39,516 nucleotides of DNA, taken from the NCBI GenBank assembly GCA_002633005.1, contig NMRA01000014.1, positions 1,713,505 to 1,753,020 of the forward strand, in the 5' to 3' direction. Shown here in pieces: positions 13,767 through 24,797 of the stretch (position 1 is the first letter of the stretch; the number at the start of each line of letters is the position of its first letter). The notes beneath the pieces were generated by a model, which made no database searches, was not told the DNA's origin, and saw only the letters and a list, made by a program, of their open reading frames with translations. This DNA is from Phoronis australis. Taxonomy: Eukaryota > Animalia > Phoronida. Made by a program: the position numbers and the translations under genes.

Positions 13767-13920
13767 CAGGGGCGGATCCAGGATTTTGAGTTGGGGGCAG
13801 GGCAGAGTATTAGCCAGGATTTTGCCAGTCAGACATTCGCACTCCCGAACTTCCAAATGGAATCTGAGACAATTTTAGGGGAGGCCATGGCCCCATTTGC
13901 CCCCCTCTAAATCCGCCACC
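13767..13920. mobile_element. hAT-like MITE, copy B (inverted relative to 12254-12407)
   Basis: Reads CAGGGGCGGATCCAGGATTTTGAGTTGGGGGCAGGGCAGA...CTCTAAATCCGCCAC, and its reverse complement aligns along the whole of copy A. TSD is ambiguous (ttaaattc / tcaaatta, sharing AAATT). Confidence 0.8.
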
Positions 13921-14439
13921 TCAAATTATCTCTCAGAGGTTTTTCATATCTGCGCACCACTGTATATAACAAAGAGATTTTGTCATTGGTCGGCAAAATA
14001 ATGCAGTGTTCACCGGAGGCTGTGTTTTTGCGTCATATGTCGCAAACAAATTGTAAAAGACGCAAATTGACTCGATGAGTGTGTTACCTTGAACGCAACT
14101 TTTTGTTCAAAGGTTGTAAAAATAAAAATAATGAACACACGAAAATCATTTGGTTCTTTTCTTTGATTACCTTTCGTCCATAACAGCACCGCTGGATTGT
14201 TTGATTTCCGAAGCCAAACGCCCGGCATCGTTGCTCCGTAAGTAGGTCATCATAATGTAGGTCCACTTAGGGGTAGACTCAATAAAACAGTCCCAAAAAT
14301 GGTGTCGAAACAGACGACCATTATGAAAAAAATATCAGCTTGCTCCATACTTTGCGAGTTTGTTTTTAAAGATTTTGGGACTAAGTTAAATGGAATCCAA
14401 AAAATTCAAATGGACCTTAAAACTATTAGAAGGTGAGCT

Positions 14440-15020
14440 CACTGGACCTCAGTTTTTAGAAAAGTAAGGCAAACACTGTAATGGATTCAACCATGCCAAT
14501 TTCAGCAGTCGTTCTCAACGTTTAGTCTGCTTTCTGACTTTACATCATGAGGCTGAACAGTACATCAATGGTAAAGTGTTACCTCTTGTTCTGCCCCGTT
14601 ATGCCTGCGTTTTCAATATCATTCTTCATTTTGAGAGCCACATGACTTGCAGTAATAATTGAAGTTTCCATGCAGACATGTGCAGTTATGAAAAACCCCA
14701 AGTCAATCCGGGAAACCTCGGGTATGTTCGTAGCCTTAAATTATCCATTGGAGATGCTTCATATCTGTGAATGTGTGGCTTAAAATCATGAATGTCGCGG
14801 AATGCAAAGGGTTACCGCTGTGGTAACAGGAGTTAATAATTAATAAAGAAGTAGAGTGATTGAAAATGCAATCGCCTACGACTTTAGGGATATAATAGGT
14901 CACTGTTTCAACCGTGCCTTGACCAATGTCCTTAGCTGTATTGATTGAAGTTCGCACATGCGCAGGTATGAATCATCTCTGAAAATACCCGACGTTTTCC
15001 GGATGTTACTTGGGGCTGCA
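14440..15020 (-). repeat. Diverged relative of the 300-1660 repeat family
   Basis: Reverse complement gives GCAAGTCATGTGGCTCTCAAAATGAAGAA (~14650-14622; cf. 369) and GTCGGGTATTTTC..GATGATTCATACCTGCGCATGTGC (~14995-14954; cf. 312-370). The motif GGAAACCTCGGGTATGTTCGTAGCC occurs at ~14710(+). Confidence 0.6.
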
Positions 15021-17301
15021 GTGTCAAATTTAAAGGGGTCAAACCATAATGTACCTTAAAAATCTCCTGGAAACAAGAAAGCGCCTAAAACTGTATTCTG
15101 GTGTTGAACGTATCAAATTTGTTCCTCTAAAGCTACGTCAGTGATGACTGATCATCTGCTTGAGTTCCAGTTGGTTAGTGTAAGTCACTGGTAATTTCCC
15201 CCGACTGTGTTATGTTGCCTTGGCGACTGAAACTAACCTGCGGTAACGAAAACAGAAAGTTAATGGGCTTGGTTTACAGCATTAACGACTTGTCAGTCGC
15301 CATCTTTTCTAAAATCCAGGCCAGTTTCGTAAACGCAAAAGTCCATAGAATATATTTTATAATTTTTGCCTTTTGTTCCCATATAAAGAGTGTCTTCTTG
15401 ATGGTTGTAAAAATCCTATAGAAGGTCTCCCATGTAATCAGAAATGTGTTTCCTCAAATCAAAATTTTCTTCCCCGCTCTCTCGAAAAAATGCATACTTG
15501 GTTTCGGTCTGCCCCCGACCTATTTAGAAACCTGCGATTCACACCTGACATCAGGTCACGATGAGGAAACAGCAAGATGTGAGGCAATTCAGCTTGCGTA
15601 AACTATGAAAATCTGCACCGCAGCATCAATTTTCCCAAACCCAAACCAGAACAATTATACCATTTCTTTGGCCTAAACTGAGAAAGAATGATTGACCCAG
15701 TGTTATAACAACGATGAGAAGATGCTTTTTGACAGAATATGCGGTATTGTTGCTCCGTTTAGTTTGATTTTGTGTTCAAGGCTCTGACAATCTTTTGAAC
15801 GTATATTTTGTCATTTGACTAATTCTATTTTAGTGAGTGTTCGGGAAGTCCAATCCAATTTTCAAAAAAAAAATCTTTAAAATGAAGATACGGATCCATT
15901 TCAAACATTCAAAACGTGAGGATTAGTATACATCACGGAACTTTATAGGTTTCAGTTGAAATTGGCACGTGACACCATATAACATTCTTGATAATTTTTT
16001 TAGCAAACATAAATAAGCCGGCATGATCCTGTTCTTTTTCGACCAAACTGACCATTTTGACACTTCCCATTTCGTGACCGTGCGACCTTTCGAAATCAAG
16101 TTTTTTATTACTCCAATTTTCATGCTGACTGTGCGTTGTGTTGTTGCGATTGTGTAGGACCCTACATTAATATCCGCATTTGGATAAACTTCGGAACACC
16201 ATATCTCAGAAATGAGGGATCTGATTCAATTGCGCCTCTCAGACATTATTGCTTTATTCACTGTTCTTCAAAACTCTTTGCTTTCAGAAGGCGCAAAGCA
16301 ACTGCAAGTAAATAAAGTTGCCATGATCTTGCTTGAGAATGACAATCTCTCCAAGAAACGTGATGTCTGCAACATGTCCGAGAGTCCGTCTTTGCGCACA
16401 AGAACAATGGGAATGTCAAGTAGTTTGAGTTTCCAGAAAAGGTAGGGTGAATTTCTTGCTCTCTCAAGTGCTCAGTTATCTTCGCGGACGGTTCGCTTAG
16501 GAGTAGATAAAGGGAAGTGGGGACGAATGCCAAGGAGGTGGGAGACTAAAGTGATATGATAGTAGTGCAGTGATGCTCAGAGTAAAGTTTTTCATCACGT
16601 GGCATGCACGTAGTCTCATATACCTATTTTCGAGGCTGTCCAGATAATGCATCGATCCGGATTTAGCATGTGTGGCGACAGAAAGGTTGCAAGGATGAGT
16701 TGTTCCGTTGGTATTCAGTTGGTTCTACTGACTTACTGACCTCGTCTAGATGTCACTAGCACCCAACAAGTTCAGGTGTCCGGATTAATTGTAAACGGAC
16801 AGGAGCAAATAAACCGCACATGCCACGAATTTTTATCTGACGGGTCGGAAACAAGTCGGCAACCGGTCGTTGACCGGTCTGAAAAATATCCAACTAGTCT
16901 GCTACTGTGCTGACTTCAACAGAGGCTTTGAAAATTCCCTGTTGTCGTACTAGATCTAAATTTTCTCATCATCTTTACTGTACGCGCAAGAAGTTAGAAA
17001 TGATGCCTCAGCAAGTAGTAATGCTTTTCTACGTGTCAGGGAATTCAAGTGAAGATCGCAATGTGTATCGACCTCACGACCCTTAGCAGGCTGTTGCTTA
17101 GTGCGTGGAGGGAGTAAACTAGACGACAGGTCGCCGCCTCGTTGTTGTCCGTTCGAACAAAATATGTGTGATTTTACTATAGGCCTACGCTGATCTTACA
17201 GATATTGCTTTCAATGATTTAAAAACCATCGCGATAGAAATGAAAGAAATCACCAAACCTAGAGCCCGGTATGTGTGAACTCAGCTTTGACAGAGTGTAG
17301 C

Positions 17302-17535
17302 ATGACGTCAACAGCTGACAGATGCTTGTTAAAGTTAGCTAACAGAGCTGCATGGAATTAAAAGATATTTCCGAATCATTAGAACTAATGACGCTTTGTA
17401 TGACACATCCATCCGGAAAAATGACCAACGCGAAGCCAATCGAAGGGAATGTTTGTCAGACCGGAGCTGGGAACCATAAAACTTTGAATCAGCTGACGGC
17501 GGATTGTTTGCGCAGCAACGTTAAGAATTTTCAGT
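17302..17535 (+). pseudogene. Possible decayed death-fold (death domain) coding remnant
   Basis: Across frames: TADRCLLKLANRAAWN*K..SESLELMTLCMT-HIHPEK*PTRSQSKGMF..GNHKTLNQLTADCL, resembling the death-domain pattern D..L..LA..lg..W..LA..L.L....I..I......eQ...ML..W...G..AT...L..AL. Contains stops and frameshifts; judged by eye. Confidence 0.35.
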
Positions 17536-17539
17536 GACG

Positions 17540-17935
17540 GAATCATGGATTTATATAATGATCGCTAACTACTGCGTAGGAATACATAGAGAAGATCATG
17601 GAACCCACACAGTACAAGACATTGTGATTCTACTAGGATGTTAACTTTCTTTTCCTAGTTACGCTTGGCTACATAATAAAAGCCTCCTTGGACATGATTT
17701 CAACAGCTCTTAGGGTGTTAAAACGTGTTATAATGAACCTGTCGGTGCCTACGAGGTCATTCTAAGAAACCCGTAGGCGAAAAATCCATAAAAACCCGCA
17801 CTTGGCACGATCGGGAGCCAAGTGGCACACACCAATTTAGATTTAAGGCGGAATTGAGATTCTTTCATTAACGATTGAATAACATGTTCGTTTATTCGAC
17901 AGTCCTCAGAGTGTAAGACACGGAATAAAACTCGG
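17540..17935 (+). pseudogene. Possible decayed caspase large (p20) subunit remnant
   Basis: Collinear motifs across frameshifts: NHGFI-MIANY (cf. PRGxxLIINN), RHCDST-DVNFLFLVTLGYIIKASLDM (cf. RxGxxxDxxxLxxxFxxLGFxVxxxxDLT), VILRNP (at the VILSHG position) and LGTIGSQV (cf. YGTDGxxV). The catalytic SHG and QACRG motifs are not intact. Confidence 0.3.
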
Positions 17936-19419
17936 GTAAACATGTACATAACAACAAACATGCAAAGTCAGAATACTTGTATAAAACTAAATATACACTT
18001 AGTATATTAAGCCAATTGCCGAAAATGTTGAACATAATCTTTGGACAGGGAAGAACTCTGATGAGGAATCCTCTGTCGGCAGCGAAGGCGAAGATTACGG
18101 GCAACTTTTTAGAGGGATAAAATCGCTTTTTATTGCCGGTGGTAGAGACAAGAAATGTTTCATCAATTGGAAACGTAAAATCCTTAAATCTGTACGCAAT
18201 TGGGTTTTAGCAAATAAATTTCGAATTTTCCATCTGAGTTTCCCACGACTTTGACCGACTTAGCTTGAATAGTGACCGACGACATAGTTCTTAGAATACA
18301 ACTGCCAGCGAAATTACTTGATAAAGAATAGTTGATGTATGGGCAAATAGGGTAGAACTGTTATCTGGCTCTAAGCCTTCGTATAGGCTGATGACACCGA
18401 CAGCCGCGAAAAATGATTCTGCGAAGGATGCCCGCAGCCCTTGGCTAGATGAAATTCGTGAGACTAAGCACTTTAAAGAACCCGTGTATTCCTTATGACA
18501 CTAGAATCGATTCTCATTGCAGACATTCTATAATAAACTGATAAAATACTGTTTACTGCACCTTCCCACGTTAAGCGCCAGCTTTTGGCCAATTTATGTT
18601 TCCGGTTAACAATTGCTGATAATAATTCTTATACAACGGTGAATATTACTGCAAAGTTTTTCACGTGGGTACATGTTTTCTTTGTCCAGTAATTGAATTT
18701 AAAGACAACTTTAGCAAGTTGTCGTAATGCGATTCAGGCAAAGAACACGTTGTTGTGACTCCGAACGTTTGGTCTTTGTTGAAGCATCAACGTGCGTAGA
18801 TGTTTTTTGAACGCTTTACGTTTTTAACGACCAAGGCAAGTGTCGTTTTGCTGCCACGTGAACCTACATGTATAAAGCGCACTGCCGGTAGCTGCATCAA
18901 TTGCTGAGCAATTGCCTCTCTATTTTGATTCGTATTTCACGCTGGGGCGCTGTAGAAAATACGTTTACATATCTACAAATATTGTCCTCTGTTTTGTTTT
19001 CAAAATGGGCCCTTTGGCTGAAAAATTTCGTGCCTTTGTGATGAGTCAGTGCTTGCTACGGGGAGTGCGACGTATTCACCAGTTCAACTGACAATTACAC
19101 CGAATACATGTACTTCGCTCACCCAAATAGCTAAACACCTGGACAACAGACAACCAAATGTGTATAACATGGACCAAAACCATAAACAATTTTAAGTCTG
19201 ATCTGAACGCCACTTGTTGGTCACATCGCGTGACACAATTGAACATATTTCCAAGCCGGTTTAAGATTTACACATTCAAATGAAGACAGAAATGCAAATA
19301 AGAACAACTAAACAAAATAACAACGGTTTTAAGCTCAGGTGGTATAAATACAGCGTGGTCGTCATTCAAAATTGTTCCTCGCCTGATGTCACGGAAATAG
19401 ACGAGAATACTCGATGATT

Positions 19420-19600
19420 TTCAAGGTCCAAAACTGTGCTCAAGAAGGTATCTAACTTGAACTCGGAGAAAAGAAAGACACTGCAACTTGTTACATCTTA
19501 CTTGACTTGGTATTTGTTTACAAATGATTGAACTGTAATATCCTCTTGGAACAAAGCCTTTAAAATGGGAGCCATGCTGATACACTATTAAATAAGAACG
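19420..19600 (-). mobile_element. 3' end fragment of a LINE ORF2 (RTEX/CR1-group-like)
   Basis: Minus strand GFVPRG....ICKQIPSQVRCNKLQCLSF, then a frameshift to FKLDTFLSTVLD. This resembles the ORF2 C-terminal F..RG..LxNxLP..IR......FK..LD.FL..IPD pattern. Confidence 0.45.
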
Positions 19601-20388
19601 ACCGACATACATTTCCTTGGTTTGTGAAATCTGACCGGCCAATGAAATTCGAATAAAACAGCCATTAAATTGAACCTAGGTTGAACTGAAGAGACAACAC
19701 ATCAAACTGCATGCTTTGTTTTGGGCACATGTGACCGGCAATGTTGCGTTCCCACAAACCAATCAGGCCCGTAGCTAGCATAACGCGGGGATTGGTCCGA
19801 ATTTCTAGAACAGTAGACCTTTGAAATTTTGCAAACGTCGACACTGTAGAGTTCTCGGCAAGGTCCTTGAGGCATCTTAATTAGGGGACTCTCATCTCTA
19901 CGTTCCTGAGATAAGACGAAATTTGTAATACCAGAAATTACGATACAGTAACGGTCGCTCGCAAAGAACGCAGCTCAAATTCGGATGCAATGTGGCCCAG
20001 AAAGTATCGCGGGCCTTACAGTTAAAAGTGATCAGTCTTCATGTATTTGGCAATACCTTCGCCTAAAATACTTGCTTTTTGTACAAAACTACAACTTGAG
20101 CTAACTTTCACACGAGACAAATATTTCAAGTCATGCTATAACCCATTTCAATGTTCTTTTTAATGCGTATCAACTTAAAAGTAAACAGGTCACAAACATC
20201 AGCATGGCGAGCATCGATAACAAAGTGACGTTACGTTATTGTAGAACAAATAGCAGTTTAAATAATGTTTATTGTTTCTAATTCACAATAATTTCATCAC
20301 ATTACAGACAAACATGTGATCAAAATATGTTTAATCTCCCACGCATTACACAGCTGTCGAAGCCGACATCTACATTTTATAGCATAAA

Positions 20389-20510
20389 CCGTGTTTGGCG
20401 GTCCGTGTACCGTGTTTCTACCTGAATGTGAGTCCGGCCGTGACCGTGTATTTTGAGTGAATGGGTCGTTTTTGAGTCCGAGGCCTTGTTTAGGAGTTCG
20501 TTAACCGTAT
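20389..20510. repeat. Decayed CCGTG(T)-rich short tandem array (TE subterminal-like)
   Basis: ccgtgtt, ccgtgta, ccgtgtt, ccgtgac, ccgtgta and ccgtata all occur within ~120 bp. Confidence 0.45.
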
Positions 20511-20579
20511 AGTTTAGATACCTTGGGTTTTAACCAATGAATATCCAAGGCCTCTTTAAGTTTAAGTCTATGTAGTCTG

Positions 20580-20837
20580 CATGCACGCACCCAGCCTAAA
20601 AATTGGGGGCTCGATTTTTTGTAAGAATGCGGGCATGTCACTAAGGTTCACGGGGTTCGTTCTGGCAGAGCTACATGTATGAATTGTGCATTCGCCGAAT
20701 TTTGGTAGTTCCTGCCTTTGACTGGCCTTTGGTCGTTTTCTACTTTTTTCGGTGTTTTTGTTTTTCTGAAGCGGGCCTTATTTCCCGCTTCGCCAAATGG
20801 GTCTCCCCGAGCCTTCCCTCCCCTGGGTGCGCGCATG
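20580..20837. mobile_element. hAT-like MITE family 2, copy A; 15-bp TIR, 5-bp TSD GTCTG
   Basis: CATGCACGCACCCAG ... CTGGGTGCGCGCATG (14/15 inverted match). GTCTG lies at 20575-20579 and 20838-20842. Homologous to 38598-38862. Confidence 0.85.
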
Positions 20838-22807
20838 GTCTGTCCTCTCACTGCCCAAGATACTAAAATTAATTTAAATAATAAATTGCAGATTGCAATG
20901 AAAGCAATTCGATAACAAATTTAAAGTAGTGCCTGTTCATGAACTTGTACAGAAGCTACAGTAGCAAATCCATTTTATCTTTGTTGTATCCAGAGCTGCC
21001 TTGATGTTTGTTGCAAACATCCCTTTGCAAATTGGCTGCTTGTGTCACATAATTACTCTACTGTATGACTATCGGAGACATACTTTAAAGATGACAAATT
21101 ATAGGTTACATGTTATTTCTCTTATTAAATAACAAATCTAATAACTCTTTATCAAGTCTAGATGATGTTTCACAGTCTCTGAAAAGACAACGCTCTCAGT
21201 CGACAGAATGCAACGGAACATGAAGCTCTAGGAAAGGCTTGGTGCTCTAGTACCGGTAAATAGGTAGCCTCAGTTTGCCAAGTAGGGATTTGCAGACACG
21301 ATAGCGGTAGAAGCTCATTGGGCTAAATTCTCATATTTCACCTTTCTTATACATGTAATTGCGAACCCCACGGAAGTAAAATAGAATGCGTGTGCTATTG
21401 AAATGGATAGATTTGCAATAAATATCCACTGTTTTGTATTTTTGATAAAAACCCTGACTTGTCATTGTGGCGCTATTCAAAGATACCCTTCCTCCGCCAT
21501 TTTGATTAAAAACATCATGAATCGCTTTAATCCCAAATAATGCTCATTCAGCACAACTTCAATTATTTCAAAACTTAATAGAATCTAATATGAATTCTTT
21601 AATTTGAACTTTCATCTTTGATAGTGCACTACCACCTAAAATGGCCACCACATATGTAGTAAGAGACAGCTGACTGACTAACTGCCACCAGACGCATTGA
21701 CGTTTCTGTAGAAACCCGTCAAGTTTTGGAAAAAATAATACTAAAATAAGGCAAATACAAACAGAGCTGAAAGTTAATGAGTGGTTACATTTCAGAGATA
21801 TCTTTGGACTGACGAAACTCGTCCTGTATTCTGATGAATGTAAAAGAAATAGTGTATTTTAAAATCCAATCTCTTGCTCATTGGATCACATGACCGTGCG
21901 TGCCCATTAATTTAAAAAAATTTTCGCAAAAGAACTACATAGACTTGGTGTTAGGAGTTTCTGTGACGGAAACTTGTGTGGAACAGAGGATGTAGTCACC
22001 CATTAAAGGAACTTTGCTGCAGGAATTAAGATTTCTTTAGCTTATAATATCAGATAGATGTGATTCCCGGATGCACCTTAGTGCATTCTTACAACATACA
22101 TGTAGTACATGTATACACCCATTGTTGCATTCCTAAACGTCTAAATAACTCGAATCATCCCCATTAATTAGTTCCCTTGGTTATAAAACGTTACAGCGTG
22201 TGGTTGAAAGGTCTACTATTAATTGATTCAAATAGGTATATCTAGTGTGTGTATCTTTCATGCCTGTTGGTGCCACCAGAGGGGTGTATCGGGGTTCCCG
22301 GGAAACTTATCAAACTGAATTGGCTTGTTTGCATCATCCCTTCGTGCAGTTTTGTGCCGTTCATTTACAACCAGTAAATCATAATGTTAGCGAAATATTG
22401 ATAGCATCGCCGACTTTTTTCTTACCCACAGGGCATGCCGTTGATCCAGTTTCCTACAACATTTATCTTCTGACAGGCGCCTGCCTAAAACATTGTAATT
22501 GACATTTAAATCATATCCTTCTCCATAATGAAAAAAATCTACGCGCTTATAGACTGCCAAATGCACATAAAAATATGAACTCCGTCTTTCCATCCAAATA
22601 TTATCAATCATAAAGAGCAATGACCTTACTTTCCCATTTTACATAAACGGAAGTATCCCTCGTTCCACTCAATGCCAGTTTAACGAGGAAATGTTTGCTC
22701 TTGTTTTACTTAGCCTAGCGTCTTCGTTACCAGACAATACAAGTGTAGCTACCTACGCAAGTCTACTCTACATCACAGTGGAGCACGAGTAAAAATACAT
22801 GTACATT

Positions 22808-22935
22808 GATGACGTCAACGATAACTGAGATGATAACGGCGACGATGATGGCGACACCGATGGGTATGGTGGTGATAATGAAGGCGACGATAGTGAAAAT
22901 GTCGATAGTGGAGAAGGCAGCGATAACGGCTATGT
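22808..22935. repeat. Degenerate (GAT/GAC/GGC)n trinucleotide tract
   Basis: Reads DDVNDN*DDNGDDDGDTDGYGGDNEGDDSENVDSGEGSDNG on +, with an in-frame stop. It explains the hydrophobic and His/Arg-rich shadow ORFs on the minus strand. Confidence 0.7.
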
Positions 22936-23239
22936 AGGATCCAACCAATTTTTTGGAAATAGTAAATCAAATATATTCTCGACAAACCTGCGGAGAATGA
23001 TGTATGCACCACGTTGTAAAATGTATTCGATCTGGACGAAAATGGCCCCCGGTTTCAAAATAAAATATTGTGCCCCATCTATTAAAACAATCAGCAAAAT
23101 GCACGTCAAACTCAATTACAGAGCTACATGTATTTGAGCACCTTCCTGGGAGTCTTGGGTTAACAAACATTAGTACCAGTAGCGGAATGTGGGTTATATA
23201 GGCCATACTGAAACAAAATCTAGTACCAGAGGGGCTATT

Positions 23240-23470
23240 CAGAAGTTGTTGTCACCGCAGTGAGGGCAATCCAATAAGCAAGAACGCTGCAAAAGAAATC
23301 CTCATAATTGCAGTAATCGGAGTCCTTGTATCGTCGTCACATGGGTCCCTCAAAAGTCGTGGTGACCATGGGTCGGACAGTCGAAAAATTGTGGCGATCA
23401 AAGGAAGTGAAAATTGTAGCCTTGTCTTGTCACCACGGAAGTCCATTAGAAGTTGTGGCGATTGGGAGGC
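23240..23470. repeat. Decayed minisatellite-like array
   Basis: Recurring TGTCACC.. and AAGTTGTGGCGA-like words at ~23245, ~23335-23395 and ~23425-23462. Confidence 0.4.
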
Positions 23471-23599
23471 AGCTCGAAGAAAGTATCGAAAGATGGAAAG
23501 TGTAATGGCTACGTCGCCAGATTTTTATAGCATGGGAACCTCGAGACCCTGGAAGTATGGCTCAACGCAAGAACTTGTATTGTAAGCTGCAGACAAGCA

Positions 23600-24075
23600 G
23601 TAATTTTAGGTTTGATGGCAGTCATGTTAGAAGCAACCGACCATGATCGAAATACTCATAATGACACTCCGTGAAATGCACAGGCTATCACAGAGGCTAT
23701 CAGTTTGAAATTTGCACCGTTGTCATGGTAACCAGGTATTTTGGAATTGCACAATTATAATAAATCTCAGACCATCTAAGCACGATACATACTAACGACG
23801 TTTTAAAGAATTTAAACGACCTAAAGCAAACACTGTTTGTACCATCGATTATATTCCATTCATTGCCAGTAGAGCAATTTTGAAAAACCAATAATGGTTA
23901 CCAAAGCAATTGGTGTACGAAAACATGAAAATATTTTTTTTACAACATAAAAGCTGCGTTAAGCTAATGCAACAGACTTGCATACATTAACGAATAAAGC
24001 CAAAGGCTTTTGTGGCTGATATGTCAAATCCAGCAGCACTATTGCAAACATCCAAAAATGGTTGCCATGGCAACT
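23600..24075 (+). repeat. Interspersed repeat copy carrying X-box palindromes
   Basis: 23604-23660 aligns with 25736-25790 and 26008-26060. 23719-24000 aligns with 26115-26390 (shared CATGGTAACCAGGTATTTT, TTTTAAAGAATTTAAACG, CAAACAC, GAAAACATG). Confidence 0.8.
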
Positions 24076-24591
24076 AACACAGATAAACATGTCAGTTGAT
24101 TCTTTAACATCATGAAAGCTGTATAAAATACATACAACAAAATGAAATGGCAAATCAAATGCTTTTGGAGCCATTATTGCCAATACTTGTAGTATAATTT
24201 TACAAATCCAATAAAGAGATGCCGTGCATGGTAGCTGGTATGCACATTCAACATAACATTCAGAGCAAGGCCGATTAAAATGATGTGGAGTTTTCACAGC
24301 ATTTTTTGAAAAGAAGCACACGGTATGGTTCTCTTAGGGTTACTTTTAGCCCAAAGCTTTCCACAGCCTTCAGCTACAAAAAGAAACTCACCGTTTGTTT
24401 ATAATTTTTATGGGGTAAAGTTACAAAAGCCGGCTGTATCGTGGACATAATTCTACAGTGCAAATACAAAATGGTTAAAAACTTGTAAAAAATGGCAAAT
24501 AACTTGGTATAGAAATGTCCTTTCCATCTTCACAAAATATTAATATTTGAATACTGCAGCAGATTTGACTTCTGTTTTCTGTTACACCCAG

Positions 24592-24797
24592 TACACTCAT
24601 CGTTGTGGATGTGGATGATTTTAAAAACATTGGACCGTTGACGCGATCCCTTTCAATGATACAATATAATATGGTATGACGAATGTGCGACACTGGCGAG
24701 GGACCTTCTTCATAAAAGCTATTTTCGATGCCATACACGAAAATGAGCAGTTGGTGGATGTAAAATGGGAGAATGTTGACGGAGAATTCGAGTACAG
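24592..24797 (+). pseudogene. Candidate decayed exon resembling a caspase small (p10) subunit core
   Basis: Acceptor ttctgttttctgttacacccag| and donor cag|gtgaag. One frame reads T I * Y G M T N V R H W R G T F F I K A I F D A I H E N E Q L V D V K W E N V D G E F E (cf. caspase-1 [41 protein letters not shown]). No single frame is open across the exon. Confidence 0.35.

Noticed and set aside
9720-14202. Shared 16-mer CACCGCTGGATTGTTT at ~9720 and ~14187
   Set aside because: There is no extended homology, and one such match is plausible by chance in 40 kb.
21790-21840. Hammerhead ribozyme cores (GAAAC-TC-GTC...CTGATGA here; also 6157, 18389, 25300 and 26943)
   Set aside because: In each case stem I or II cannot form, or the GAAA box is missing.
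22763-23012. Membrane-protein-like and His/Arg-rich ORFs
   Set aside because: Artefacts of the degenerate GAT/GAC trinucleotide tract.
24592-24797. GGDEF-like (LIVVDVDDFKNI...VDGEF) or ETS/IRF-like (VKWENVDGEF) reading
   Set aside because: The motifs lie in different frames with wrong spacing, and neither NDxxGHxxGD nor the ETS LWxFL signature is present. The caspase p10 alignment fits better, though it is also unproven.
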